A DNA stretch of 64,000 bases from Lama guanicoe (lineage: Eukaryota). Below, in pieces: positions 48,751-62,002 of the stretch (the first letter of the stretch is position 1; every line of letters begins with the position of its first letter). Below the pieces are notes generated by a model. It saw nothing but the letters and a program-made list of their open reading frames with translations, did not search any database and was not told the DNA's origin. The translations under genes were made by a program, and so were the position numbers. The stretch is taken from NCBI GenBank assembly GCA_013239625.1, contig MU054187.1, forward strand, positions 16,012,941 through 16,076,940, written 5' to 3'.

Positions 48751-51001
48751 TTTTTCATTGTAGGTTACTACAAGATACTGAATATAGTTCCCTGTGGCTA
48801 ACCACTGTTTTTTCTATCTACATGACTTAGCTAAATTATAAATCCAAATTTTAACTATGGTAAAATGTTTTGAAAAAAATAAATTCATTGAAAATAATAT
48901 AATGAGTCTTTTTTAAAAAATGATTTTTCATTTTATATTAACATCATCTTTGTTTTTGCTTTTGCTAAGACAAAATAAATTTATTTGGGCAAATTATACA
49001 AGCCAAGGATTAAGGATTTTGACATAAAATAGAAAGCCCCCGAGGTCTACTGATATTGGTGGTAAAGGTTAAGTTGGAATGTAGCTGTTGATTCTAGGAT
49101 TCCATTCTTGTTACACCTCTGAAGATGTGGTCCCATATTGACCAGCCGGTAATGGAGTCTACACAGGCTTAAATTACTTATTACATTTAATAGTCTGTGT
49201 TGAAATTTTCCCGCTACAAGCTGTTTATCTTGTGACTAGCTCTTCAAAGCAATAAATCAATTAGTTGAGTGTGCAGTGAGGTCTACAGTTTAGTCTCTTA
49301 AATATGAAATGGTGACACAAGCTCTTCATATATTTGAAACGTTAGCATTTCAGTTGATTGTTATAAAAACAAATGTATTTCTCCACAAGAAAAGTGTTAT
49401 TGTAAAAAAAAAGTGTTACCATTTTTGAATTCATACACATATTTCTGATTATTTGGTAGTTAAGTTGTATGCATCAAGTTTATGAGGAATTTAAGTGTTA
49501 AAGTAATTGACAGAGGATACTTGCTTCCTACTCTCTTCTTTTCCAATCCCAATAAAATCATTAATTGTTATTGGGTAGTTTAGCAAACTTGAGATTAAAT
49601 AACCTCTTTTAATATCTTAATTTCTACTTTGAAATAGATATCTTGGACTTTAATGTCTAGAATTCAGTTTTGCTTTTTTGAATCTCCGGGTATTTACCCT
49701 TCAGCCCTCTATATGTAAAAGGAGAGCACAAACATTCAGTTCTGTCATTTGACTTTCATAGATTTACATGAACATATCTGGCTGCGGAAGAGGTTATCAA
49801 AGGCCTTTTCCACCAAATGCTGTTTGTGTCTGACCTATGCAAAATTCCATTAGCGCCTTGGAAAGTAGAAAAAACACAATGATTTCAAAGGAAATATCTT
49901 TCAAGACATTCTAGTGCTTAAAGAAAACAAAGTTTGTACAAGTATGCACTAAAAATACTTTAAATAGTACTAAATGTTTCAAGTTTATAGAACTATGTTG
50001 CTATTCAAATGGGCTGAAATTTTTAATAGGTCTTGATTGTGCGTCAGGTCTCGGTAGCGTTGTCATTTTGCCCAGGTATTTGTTTCCTGGACCCAGTTAA
50101 GGTAGGGGAAAGGACTATAGCCCACGGAGAAGACAAACAGCTTTTCTGGTGTCTGAAGGCCTTTAGGCCCTGCAGTTTTTCACATCATACCCTAGGCTCC
50201 TTTGCTCCTTACCATATAAACTTATAGACTATTGTGCTATCACCTAGGACTTCATCCCTCGTTGAAAAGGCTGAAAAAAGAGCATACCTGTTTAAAAAAA
50301 CAGAGGTAAAGAACACAGAAGGCAAAGAAAGGTCTTTTGATTCAACCATTTCTGTATTTAAATCCGTCTCAGAATTTATATGCTTTGCAACTTTGGATAG
50401 GTTACCACCCTTTCTGATCCTCAGATTCGTTCTTAATACAATATGGATATTATCGGATGTAATATTTAAAAAATAATAATAACTATCAGTTTTGAACAAT
50501 TTGAATATATAGACACAGAAGGCTGTAGCTCCTCAAGCCATTTCCTGACCCTGGGCTGTAACAAATATTAACCCCTTAGTTGCTGCATCAAAAAGAGGTG
50601 TGTGTACCTTGTGAATGTACTAGAGTGTGAGGAACAATGGGAATACACTGAGGGGTCATGGTTAGAACAATAGCTATTTATCGACCAGAAAGACATTTTA
50701 AAAATATTTAAATTGGTGCATAAGAGGATTAGGCCACTTCTGTTCATTATGAAGATTATACATGGGTAATGCATATATAAAATAGTCCATTGAGGAGGAT
50801 TGATAAATTTAAGTATTAGTATTAAGGATAAAATGTCAGATAACATGGAAAGCAGAAGGGAAAACGAAGAAAGTTCATTTTTAGTAGAAAATTCCAAAGT
50901 TAATCACCAAAGATAAAACCTCTATACATTACAGAGTTTAAACTTACTCATAAGTGAAAACAAATCCATGTTAATATTTAAATATAAAGATTATCAAGAG
51001 C

Positions 51002-51430
51002 TGTGAAGGATTTAAGATTTTGTCCCACTTTTAAAGCTAATAGGTTAAACTGCCAGAGTTTCAGAGAGGCTGACAGAAGACACGAGATCACTGGGTCAAA
51101 GAAAAAAGACATTATTACTCATGGTCCAGCAGGTAACACGAGCATCAGCGTATTTGTGTCAGTTCCTCTTGCTCCAAATCACAGTAGGCAGTGTTAATGG
51201 ACCCAGATTAAAGCTTGCATGCACAGTAAGTTGCATTGAAAACAAATCCTGAATTTAGGCAAAACAAAAATGCTTGCCAGCATTTTCTTTAGGAGGCAGA
51301 CACTGTATCTTCAAAAACTGTTATTATACAAATATCCTCAAAAAAGATAGTCTGGAATAAAGGGAAATAAATTCTCCTGTTCACAAAAATGTATTAGAAA
51401 CAGAGATTCCTGAAGAATTGACTTCCAACA
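51002..51430. mobile_element. ERV-class solo LTR (family uncertain)
   Basis: TG...CA bounded: tgtgaaggatttaagattttgtccc...gctgacagaagacacgagatcactgggtca...gaattgacttccaaca. Resembles a recalled eutherian MER-type LTR. Confidence 0.65.
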
Positions 51431-51534
51431 AAAATTGGAAATTTTCCTAAAGTTATAATTATCTGAATTATGTCAGATATATTAAAAAGAGATAACTGCT
51501 ACCACAGTGATTCGAAGATGTGAAGTCAAGTATA

Positions 51535-54500
51535 TTTTTAAAATGAAGTCTTTATCTTACAAATGTTCCATTTACAGAGAGATTGTGAAAATAAGATAGA
51601 CATTTGCCATATTCCACATACCTATTTGCCCCGTCTAACATTGCTATGGTATATTTGTTACAATTATTGAACCATTATGGACTCATTAGTATAACAAAAG
51701 CCCTTACCTAATTCAGATTCCCTTGGTTTTTACCAAAGTCCCTTTTCTGTTCTAAGACATCATTCAGGACACCTCCTTGTGCTTAGTCATTATGTCTCCT
51801 TAGGCAACCCTTGCTGTGGTTCTCAGACTTTCCTAGTTTTTAATGACCTTGACAGTTTTAAGGAGTATTAGTAAGGAATCTTTTTTGAATAGTCTCCCAT
51901 TGGGGATTTGTCTGATATTTTCCTCATAATTAAACTAATGTTACTTGGTCTTGGAAGGAAACCACAGAAGTAAAGTGTCATTTTCATCACTTCAATGCAC
52001 TTAGTATTATCATGCCAAGGTGCATGCTATTAACTTAATATCACTAAGGACATTAATTTTGATTCCCTGGCTGAGGTACTGTTTGTCAGGTTTCTGCATT
52101 ATAAAGTGACTATCTCTTCTCCCTTTCATACTGTTGTCCTTGGAAGGAAATCACTATGCCCAGGCCACACTTACAGAGTGGGGAGTTATGCCCCATCTCC
52201 TTTAGAGCAGAATACGTACATAATTTGGAATTCTGCATGTAAGATTTGCTCATTCTCCCTCATTTATTTGTTTATTCAATTACTTGTTTATGTAAGTGTA
52301 GACTCAAGAGATACTTGTTTTATAGTTAGGATTATAATCCAATACTGTTTCATTTATTTTGTTCCAATTGCTTCGGTTTTGGCATTGAGAGCTCTTTCAG
52401 TTGGCTCCTGTATCCCTTTGACATATTCCCATTTGTGTATGTGTGTTTATTACTTCCTTGTTTTCTGACACCCAAATGCTCAAGGCTCATCTTGCATATT
52501 TCCTACCCCATTTAGAATTTCTCTAAGGAGCCTTGGTTCCTTTCACTGCAGAATAGTAATACAAAACAATATCTGGGCACTAGGTGTGCTCATTACCAGG
52601 TGTGCTATTATTATCCAGAGTTGTTGCTTCTAGCCAGTCTCAGTTGGCAATGCAAGAATATGCATTGCAATGCAAATATATGTGCATATACGAACTCATG
52701 TATATTAATATATCAATAAATATTTCTATATGTAACTATCTGTATCTATATTAAGCAAAACATGAGACTGTACTGATGGATATAATTGCTAATCCATTAG
52801 ACATGGATCATTCTAGCCTCCAGCGTTTGCTTGAATGTAACCTCTCAATCCAACGATTAATTTGACTCCCATCATTAACATAAATTCACTTATTGTTCAG
52901 TTCTGATATTCATATATAGCAGTCACAGAGTAGTTAACGCACTTCTGTGGGAAACAAGGAGAACAATTTCATCAACTGAGAGTACAGTGCTTAGTACAGC
53001 TTCCACTGATTTGCACATTACATTTGACCAGACCTTTTCCTGCATCCCCTTCAGTGAAGTTTTTCACAATTTGTAATACATTTATATTGTCTGTCACATT
53101 CTCATTCATCCTGGGAGCTCCTAAATGACTTCTGAAAAGTATCATACAGTAAAGTACACTCTTTGTGCTGGAACGTTATAAGGTTTTTGACAAAAAGATA
53201 GTGTCATGTATTCACCGATGCATTGTCGTAAAAAAGTAGTTTCCCCACCCTAAAAACTCATTTGTGCTTCACTTCATCAACCCTTTGTCTGTCCCCTAAA
53301 GTCCTAGCAACCCCTGATCTTTTTACCATCTCCATCATTTTGCCTTTTGCAGAACATCATACATTATGGAGACTTTTGCATTGGCTTCTTCCACTTAGCA
53401 ATGTGCATGTAATGTTCATCCATATCTTATTGTGGCTTGATAGTTCATTTCTCTTTACCACTGATAAACTGCCAAACTACCTTCTAATGTGGATGTAACA
53501 TTTTTAATTTCCACTTGAAATTCATTCAGCAATGAATGAAAGTGCCTGTTGTTCTACAATCTCACCAGCAATTAGTTTTATTTTTAGCAATTCTAGTATT
53601 TTTTTGATATAGAATTATTCATTATCCTCATAATATTTACGGAATGAGGAGATCAGTAGTGATGTCCTCTTTTCATTTCTAGTTTTGGTAATTTGCATTT
53701 TCTTTTTTTTATTAAACTGTCTAGAAGATTATTGATTTTATTTATTCCAGAACGAGGTCTTGTTTTCACTGATTTACTCTTTTTCTTTTCTCTGTATTCC
53801 ATATCGTTGATTTTTGCTCTAATTTTTATTATTTATTTTCTTCAGGTTGCTTTAGGTTTACATTGGTCTTCTTTTTCTAGTTTCTTAGTGGGGAAGCTTA
53901 GGTTATAAAATTTTTTTATCTTTCTTCTCTTCTAATATATGCACTTAATACCGTAAATTCCTCCTCAAAGCACTGCTTTTGTTGCACAGCACGTAATTTG
54001 ACATGTTGTATTTTCTTTTTTCTAGATTTTTTTTTCTTTTTCATGGAGGTACTGGGGATCAAACCCAGGACTTTATGTATGCTAAGCACGTACTCTTACC
54101 ACTGAGCTATATTCACCCTCTGTGTTTTCATTTAGGCTGAAATATTTTAATTTCTCTTGAGACTTGTTCCTTGACCATGTGTTATTTATAAGTACATGAA
54201 TTACTCCAAATATTTTGGGATTTCCAAGCTATCTTTCTGTTATTGATGTCTGGTTTAATTTCATTATGATTTGAGAACATATTTCCCTGAAAGCATGATT
54301 AATGTGCTTTTAAATTTGTTGAAGTGTATTTTATAATTCAGAATGTGGCCTATCTTGGTGAACACTTGATGTGAGCTTGAGAAGAATGTGTATTCTCCTG
54401 TTCTAGGATGGAGTAATATACAAATGGCTCTTCCTTTATTTATGTAGATCTGAGTTTTCGACCTGTGTCATATTACTTCTGCCTGAAGAACTTCTTTTAA

Positions 54501-56290
54501 CATTTTGCATGAGCAGTATGATGGTGATGGTTTCTTTCAGTTTTTGGTTGTCAGAAAATGTCTTCACTATTTTTGAATAATTTTTCTGGATATAGAATTT
54601 TATGCTGGTGGGTTTTTAAATAATTTAAATATTTTAGTTCACTCTCTTGTTTCTTGCAGGTTTTTGGCAAGAAATATACTGAAATTCTTATCCTTGTTTC
54701 TCTATCAGTAAGGTGTTTTTCTTGCCCTCTGATTTCTTTCAAGATGTTCCCTTTTGTCTTCGGTTTTATGATATGTTTTGTGTAATATTTTTGGTATTTT
54801 TGCTAGATTATCTGTGAGCTTCATGGATTTGTGCTTGGGTGTCTGCCATTAATTTTGGAAAGTTTTCTGTCATTATTACTTCAAATATTTCTTCTGCCTC
54901 ATACTTATTACTTCTGATTACATGTATGTTATACCTTTTGAAATTGTTCTTTGATATTCTATTCTGTATTCTTTTTTCTTTAGTTCTCATTATACTTCAG
55001 CTTCTGAAGTTTCCATCGAACTGTTTTCAAGGTCATTGACTCTTCTTTATTTGGGCATAGTCTACAGATGTGCCTGCCGAAGGCATCCCTCATGTTTGCT
55101 ACCGTGTTTGATTTAAACACTTACTTTTGGTTAAAATTTCTACCTCTCTGCTTTCATTACCAATCTGTTCTAATGTATTGTTTGTTTTTTCCATTAGACA
55201 CTTCAGTATATTAATCATAGTTGTTTTAAACTGTCTGACAATTCTGTCATCTATGTTGCATCTGGGTCTAGTTATGCTACTGTTTGTCTCAGATTTTTCT
55301 TTCTTATATTTTGTATGCCTTGGAATTTTTAGTTGGGAGCTGGAAATCTTGTATTGGGTATTAGAAATTGAGTTAAATTGGCTGTTAGTGTAAGGATTTA
55401 TTTCATTCTGGTTGGGTGTTGGGCTGTGTTTAGTAATTTACTGTTGCTGTAGCTACCAAAGGCTTCAATTCCTCTAGTGTCTTTTTTGTTAAACCCTTTG
55501 TCTTCACTAAGTACTCCTCTTCAAGGAGAGTTTGCACTTTGAAGTTCTTTCAGATATAGTCCACCAGTATCACACTAGCACCTTGTTTTTGTGGTGACTA
55601 TTGTGGAAGAAGAAAAGTTTCGTATAACCTGATTAAATCACAATTTGGTAGTTTTTTTTTTGTCTCTGGGCTGTGACTACACGTGTGTTTCTTCATTTGT
55701 TATAACCTTTTTATCTCTCATGGATTAGACAGGAAACAAGAGAGGGCTGGAACTGAAGGAAAGATGTTCTTCCAGGTGTGATAAGTCCCTGGCAAGCCTT
55801 GTATCTAGGTTGAGGCATTTATTACCAAGAATGTACTGGGCATACTCTGCCGTTATTACTCTTCACCTCTCTTTGTCAGAGCCTCAAAGAGATCTATCTT
55901 GGATGTTCAGAGTGATCCCCTTGATCATGAATGATATGGTTTGTAAATGGTAACCCCTTAAAGTGTGGAAACTCCCTAAGAATTCAGGTCCACAGAGTTT
56001 ATCACTCTTCCTTGTAGTCTACACTCAATTTCTAGCAATTCATCAAAATGACCATTTCAGAGCTCCAATTAGGTTATGTTTCCCGTGGGCGGCTTTTGCT
56101 CTAGGTAAGCATATCTTGGCTATGGTTCTGAGTTTGCCTATCTTCAGATTCGGTGATGTTTTGCCTGCAACCTCAGTTTTCTGATGGGTGCTAAAACAGT
56201 TGTATTTTGGGTTAGTTAGGTTTTCTCTTATTGTAAGGACAGAGGAAAAATTTCTAAGTTCTTCATATGTCAGAGTTAAAACCAGAAGTA
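51535..56290 (-). mobile_element. Old L1 (L1MC/MD-like): 3'UTR, ORF2 pieces, ORF1 and 5' end
   Basis: Minus ORF 54808-54990 (KRYNIHVI...AEEIFEVIMTENFPKL...QIHEAHR) is L1 ORF1p-like. EN-region antisense text lies at 53600-54420 and a long 3'UTR at 51535-53450. Confidence 0.85.
54020..54120 (-). mobile_element. tRNA-Ala(AGC)-derived SINE (camelid Vic-1-like) with A-tail
   Basis: Minus strand reads GAGGGTGAATATAGCTCAGTGGTAAGAGTACGTGCTTAGCATACATAAAGTCCTGGGTTTGATCCCCAGTACCTCCA plus an A-rich tail. A box and B box are present. Imperfect TSD tgtattttctttt (54007-54019) / tgtgttttcattt (54121-54133). Confidence 0.85.
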
Positions 56291-56769
56291 AAGCAATCTA
56301 GTTTTCAAGTATAAGTACAGTCTGCAAATTGTGATAGTATATGATGTATTGATGGCTGGGGAAGTGAGAAAATGAGGATCATGATCTTCATGATTATCAT
56401 CATGATCATTACCAAAACTTTGCAAAAGAAAGAACCATAATATGACTCTTCTCTAAATTGTCATGGAATTATATGAGATAGCAAAAGTAAGCCAGAATGG
56501 CTCTATTTGTATCATCTTTTTTTGAATGAGCTTTCACCTCCTATTAGGAAAGACTACTGAAAAGAAATGTCAATCAAGAAATGTATGAAAGCAGTTCTTC
56601 TAGCCAAGGGAATTTTATAAAATAAGAAGCCTTTGTATATTTTCTATGAATAGTAAAAAAAAAGTCTCTTTCTTAAATGTACATTTTTGTAAAGAATATA
56701 GGCGGGAAGGACTCAGTGAGTCTTGAGAGAGATTGAGACCTTGGCATGCTAATTTTAATCGTTGAGTTG

Positions 56770-57290
56770 TCATCCAGCACATTCATAATTAAAACTCTCA
56801 GCTAACTTGGAACAATAGAAACTTTCTTAACTTGAATGTCTTAATGAATGTCTACAAAGAATCTACAGATAACATTATAGTTCATGGTGATGGATCATTA
56901 TCTTAATGGTAGTGGGACACCTTCCCTTAAATTGGGAACAGGCATATATGTCCTCTTTTTCTACTCCTATTCAACATTGTACTAGAAGTTCTAGTTAGTG
57001 AAATAAGAAAAGAAAAGAAAAAGGTATGTTGACTGAAAAGGAAGAAATAAAAATATCTTTATTTACAGATAAAATGATTGTCTATGTATAAATCCTGAGG
57101 AATTGACAAAAAATAATGGTGGAACTAATAAGCAAGTTTATCAAGGTTACAGGATACTAGGTTAATATACAAGGCCAGTTACTTTCCTGTATATCATCAA
57201 TGAACAATTGAAGTTGGGTATAAACAATAATGATAATAAAATCATTAGCAATAGCAAAAAGAAAGAAAATCATTATTTAAAAATAACCAT
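56770..57290 (+). mobile_element. L1 ORF2 RT-domain fragment
   Basis: ctattcaacattgtactagaagttcta (LFNIVLEVL) and tctttatttacagataaaatgattgtctat (SLFADDMIVY-like). Confidence 0.85.
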
Positions 57291-58216
57291 AGTATCCCAT
57301 AGGAGTTTTATTTGAATTTCCCTAATCACTAAGGATGTTGAGCATCTTTTCATCTGCTTTTTGGCCTTTTGTACATTTTCTTTAGGGAAATGTTTATTCA
57401 ACACTGACTTTTTAAATTAGGCTTTCTTTATATCAAATTGTTAGAATTCTTTATATATTCTGGATACTAGACTCTTGTGAAATATATGACTTGTAAATAT
57501 TTTCTGCCATTCTGTGTGGTTTTTTCACTTTCTTAATAATATTCTTTCATACATAGTTTTTTTTAATGTTGATAAAATCTAACTTGTCTTTTTTTTCTTT
57601 TGTCATTCATGTTTTTTATTTCAAATCTAAGATTTCTTTGCAAAATCCAAGGTTATTCAGATTTACCCCTCTTTTCTTCTCAGCGTTCTATGGTTTTAGC
57701 TCTTATATTTAGTTTGTTGAAACATTTTGAGTTAATTTTTATATATGATGGAAGTTAGGGGTCCAACTTTATTTACTTTTGCATGTGGATATCCAGTTGT
57801 CCCCACATCATTTGTTAAAGAGACTATATTTTTCCCCACTGAATAATCTTGACACCTGTGTTGAAAAATCAGTTGACCAAATATATATGGTTTTATTTCT
57901 GGAATCTTATGTCTGTTCCATTCATCTACGTGTTCATCTACACTGATTTGATTACTGTAGTTCTTGTAGTAAGTTTTGAAAGTGACGAGTATGAATCCTC
58001 CAATTTTATTTTTTTCTATATTGTTCTAGCAATTTGGGAACCCTTGCAATTGCACATGAATTTGAGGGTTAACTTTTCCATTTCTACCCAAAGAAGGTCA
58101 TTAGAATTTTGATAGAGATTGCACTGAATCTATAGATCACTTTCGGTAGCATTGCCTGCTTAACAATGTTAAGTTTTCTAATCCATGAACACGGGAGGTC
58201 TTTCTATTTATTTAGG
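57291..58216 (-). mobile_element. L1 ORF2 3' fragment
   Basis: gatgttgagcatcttttcat...catgtggatatccagttgtccc...aatccatgaacacgggaggtctttctatttattt (antisense of the KDIPCSWI region). Confidence 0.85.
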
Positions 58217-58320
58217 TTTGTGAAATAAATCTGTTTTTGATTTGCTCCATGTGTTGTTTATTCTTCTTTTCCTCTAATAAAATTTCCTCTGAATTAATTA
58301 AAATTTTGTTTAGTGTGTCT

Positions 58321-59728
58321 TTTTTTTCTTGCATATTTTCTTTTTTTTTCCTTTTTTATAAGTATATCTTGTGTCAATTTCTGGTGAACAGCATAATGTT
58401 CTAGTCATACATATACGAATAATATTCATCTTCACATTCTTTTTCATTATAGGTTACTACAAGATATTGAATATAATTCCCTGTGCTATACAGAAGAAAT
58501 TTGTTGTTTATCTATTTTATATATAGTAATTAGTATGTACAATTGAAGTCTCAGTTTATCCCTTTCTACCCCCTTTCTCCCACTGGTAACCACAAGTTAA
58601 TTTTCTATGTCAGTGAGTGTTTCTGTTTTGTAAATAATTCATTTGTGTCTTTTTTTTTTTTAAAGATTCCACATATGGGTGATATCATATGATCTTTCTC
58701 TTTCTGGCTTAGTTCACTTAGAATGATGATCTCCAGGTCTATCCATGTTACTGTGGAAAATGACATCATTTTATATATTTTTATGATTAAGTAGTATTCC
58801 ATTATATAAATATGCCACAACTTCTTTATCCAGTCATCTGTCGGTGGACGTTTAGGTTGTTTCCATGTCTTGGCTATTGTAAATACTGTTCCTATGAACA
58901 TTGGATTGCATGTTATTATAGTTCTCTCTAGATATATGCCCTGGAGTGGGATTGCTGAATCTTATGGTAAGCCTATTTTTATTTTTTTAGGAATCTCCAT
59001 ACTGTTTCCCACAATGGTTTCACCAAACTCCATTCCCACCAAGAATGTAGGAGGGTTCCCTTTTCTCCACACACTCTCCAGCATTTATCATTTGTGGCCT
59101 TTTTAATGATGGCTATTCTGACTGGTATGAGGTGATACCTCATTGTAGTTTTGATTTGCATTTCTTTGATAATTAGTGATATTGAGCATTTTTTCATGTG
59201 CCAATTAACCATTTGTATGCCTTCACTGGAGAATTGTTTGTTTAAGTCTTCTGCGCAGTTTTGAATTGGGTTGTTTGTTTTTTTATTAAGTTGCATGAGC
59301 TGCTTATATATTATGGAAAGTAAGCTCTTCTAAGTCTCATCTTTTGCAAATATTTTCTCCTATTCTGTAGGTTGTCTTTTTGTTTTTCTTATGGTTTCCT
59401 TGCTATGTGAAAGTTTTTAAGTTTAATTAGGTCCCATTTGTTTATTTTTGCTTTTATTTCTATTGCCTGGGTAGACTGCCCTAGGAGAGCATAGCTAAGA
59501 TTTGTGTTAGAAAATGTTTTGCCAATGTTTTCTTCTAAGATGTTTATAGTATCTTGTCTTGTGTTTAAGTCTTTAAGCCATTTTTGAGTTTATTTTTGTG
59601 TATGGCGTGTTCTAACTTCATTGATTTATATGCAACTGTCCAGTTTTCCCAACACAACTTACTGATTAGACTATCTATTTTCTATTGTATATTCTTGTCT
59701 CCTTTGTTGAAGATTAATTGATCGTAAG
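58321..59728 (-). mobile_element. Younger 5'-truncated L1 (~1.4 kb) with TSD
   Basis: T-rich tail at the left end. ORF2 C-terminus in minus ORF 58979-59296 ([24 protein letters not shown]...[18 protein letters not shown]). TSD ttgtttagtgtgtct (58306-58320) / ttgtttagtgttcct (59729-59743). Confidence 0.92.
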
Positions 59729-59876
59729 TTGTTTAGTGTTCCTGTTTGTGATGTTGGATTATTAGCTATATCTCTTTTTTTTTTGTGCTTTCTCAGTGGA
59801 TTACAACAGATATTTTTAATTTATCACAGTTGACTTTCAAATAATACTACCTAACTTCATATGTAATGTAGCATTA

Positions 59877-60093
59877 CTGTTAATCCTTGAACAACGTGGG
59901 GTTTAGGAGTGCCTACCTCTTTTGGTCAAAAATCTGAGTATAACTTTGTACTCTGGCCTCTGTATTTGTGGTTCCATACCCAAGGATTCAACCAAATATG
60001 AATTGTGTAGTATTGCAGTGTGTATTTATTGAAAAAAATCTTTCTGTAGATGAACCCACAGAATTCCAACCAGTGTTGTTCAAGGGTCAACTG
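59877..60093. mobile_element. MER8-like Tigger MITE
   Basis: TIRs ctgttaatccttgaacaac / gttgttcaagggtcaactg, preceded by TA. The interior matches the recalled MER8 consensus with CpG decay. Confidence 0.85.
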
Positions 60094-61299
60094 TTTTACA
60101 TCAGAATCTTTCCATCGGCCTTCCATTATTTTTCCTTATCCCTTTCCATTACATTTGCAATTTTTGATATTCACAAGTTTATTTGTGTAAATCCTAGTTT
60201 CTACCTAGTATCATTTTCCCCTCAACCTGAAATGCTTCCTTTAAAATTTCTTATAGTCCACCTACTAACAACTGATTTTGTCTTCTTTATTCAAAGAATA
60301 GTTTTTTAATTCATCATCTTTTTTGATGTATTTTTTGCTAGTTATAGAATTCTAAATTACCATATTTTCTTTTAGCTCCTTAGAAATGATGTTTCATTGA
60401 TTTTTGTTATTAAGTGCAAATACAAATTAGCCAAGGAATAGATTTCAAATCTCTCAGGGGAGCCTCATAATTTATTCACCTATCCATTCAGCATATATTT
60501 ATGTTATATGAGTAAACATTTTCTATAAGTAGTCATTATTTTTATTTCTTAAATCCAGTTTTAATTCCTATGCCAATGTGCTGCTACATTTTTGTTATCA
60601 TTAGGCTCTAGGAAATTAATTTGATTTGTTGTTTTTTGCCTTCTCTGCAACTCTGAGTGCCGTGTGATTGTTCCCAACAAGAAAACTTTCAAGTGAGCCA
60701 TGGTCTCCCCACTTCTCTCTTCCTGAAGGCAAACAAAAATACACCTGTTGTTTTGCTATTATGGAACTATACAGGGAATTTATTTACAATGGAATAGTAA
60801 TAAGACAATAATTTTACAAACTAATTGAGGAATGTCATATTCCCTTTCTTCTTATATGCAAGCAAAGTTTGAAAGTCTCAAAGATTTGTTTTTACCTTTA
60901 AAATTTTTCCCGTAAGAGCCACTCTGTGACTTCTGCTTATAGCTCATTGTTATGTGTCTAACTGTAAGACAATGTGTAGCTGTAAGAGAGTCTGAGAAAG
61001 TACTTTTACTTTCCAGCTTCCATAATAAAGTTCATCTTTCTGAACCACTAATCAATAAAATCTTCAATAAATGATTTCCTTATCTTCTGGTTAAACAGTT
61101 GCTGCCCATCTTCTTCAAATGTTAAAAACCTGAAGTGGATTTGGTAAAATATTGCTCTTTCATGTACCTACCATTTTAACCTTCTTAATTTAAATTAACA
61201 AATTTAGGAGGGGGAAGATTTTTTTTAAATTTGTTCAACATGAAGAGCTGTGAAAGGAATTGATGCTCCATCACTGTAGTTTTTCACTAAAATATTGTT

Positions 61300-61520
61300 T
61301 TGGAGCTCTGCTCTAAGACCATACCAACTCAGATTTGAATCCAGATAATGTATTTTAGGCAAGTGGCTAAGTTTTACCAAGTCTTACTTTTTCTTTAAAA
61401 TGTAGATAAAATATATCTAGATCATAAGACTATGAGAATTAAATGAAGCAATATGTGCTTATGCTTAGTTCAGTGCCTAGAACAAATTAGATCTTAATAT
61501 ATGATATCTATTATTACTTT
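61300..61520 (+). mobile_element. MIR SINE
   Basis: gatttgaatccag...ttttaggcaagtggctaa...tatgagaattaaatgaagcaatatgtg...cagtgcctagaaca. Confidence 0.75.
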
Positions 61521-62002
61521 TAGTGTTAATTATTATCCAGCAGCTCAGATTGTGGCATATTGTTAGTTCTCTCTTAATTTGTATCAGCCATCAAAGTCAA
61601 GTTGAACAAAATTATAGTCACCCCCAAAAACCTTATCTTTGTACATATGTAAGCATAGCTGTATTTGTTTGGCACATGAAGTGAATATTTATTAATATCC
61701 AGTAAATCACACTGTAAACAACATGACCAAGATAATATGTAAATCAGTGGGTACAAATACACCTACAGGATTTGGGCCATACATATAACTTCCTATTCTG
61801 ACTCAGTTTGTGTATACTTGATTCCATAAACTTGCTAAGAATTTGGTTCTCATGAACTGAAAGACAGAACTTAGAATCAGGTCATGTGAGTAGCCTGATA
61901 TGAAATCCAATTAACAACCCCTTATTTAAAAATTCAGAGATAGATGTATTCGTTTAATAGAAGCTTGAAAGTTCTGTTTCTCAAGTTTTCATGTGTTTAT
62001 GT

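Noticed and set aside
54043..54120. Functional tRNA-Ala gene
   Set aside because: It has stem-disrupting substitutions, a mutated B box, an A-tail and a TSD inside an L1, so it is a retroposed copy.
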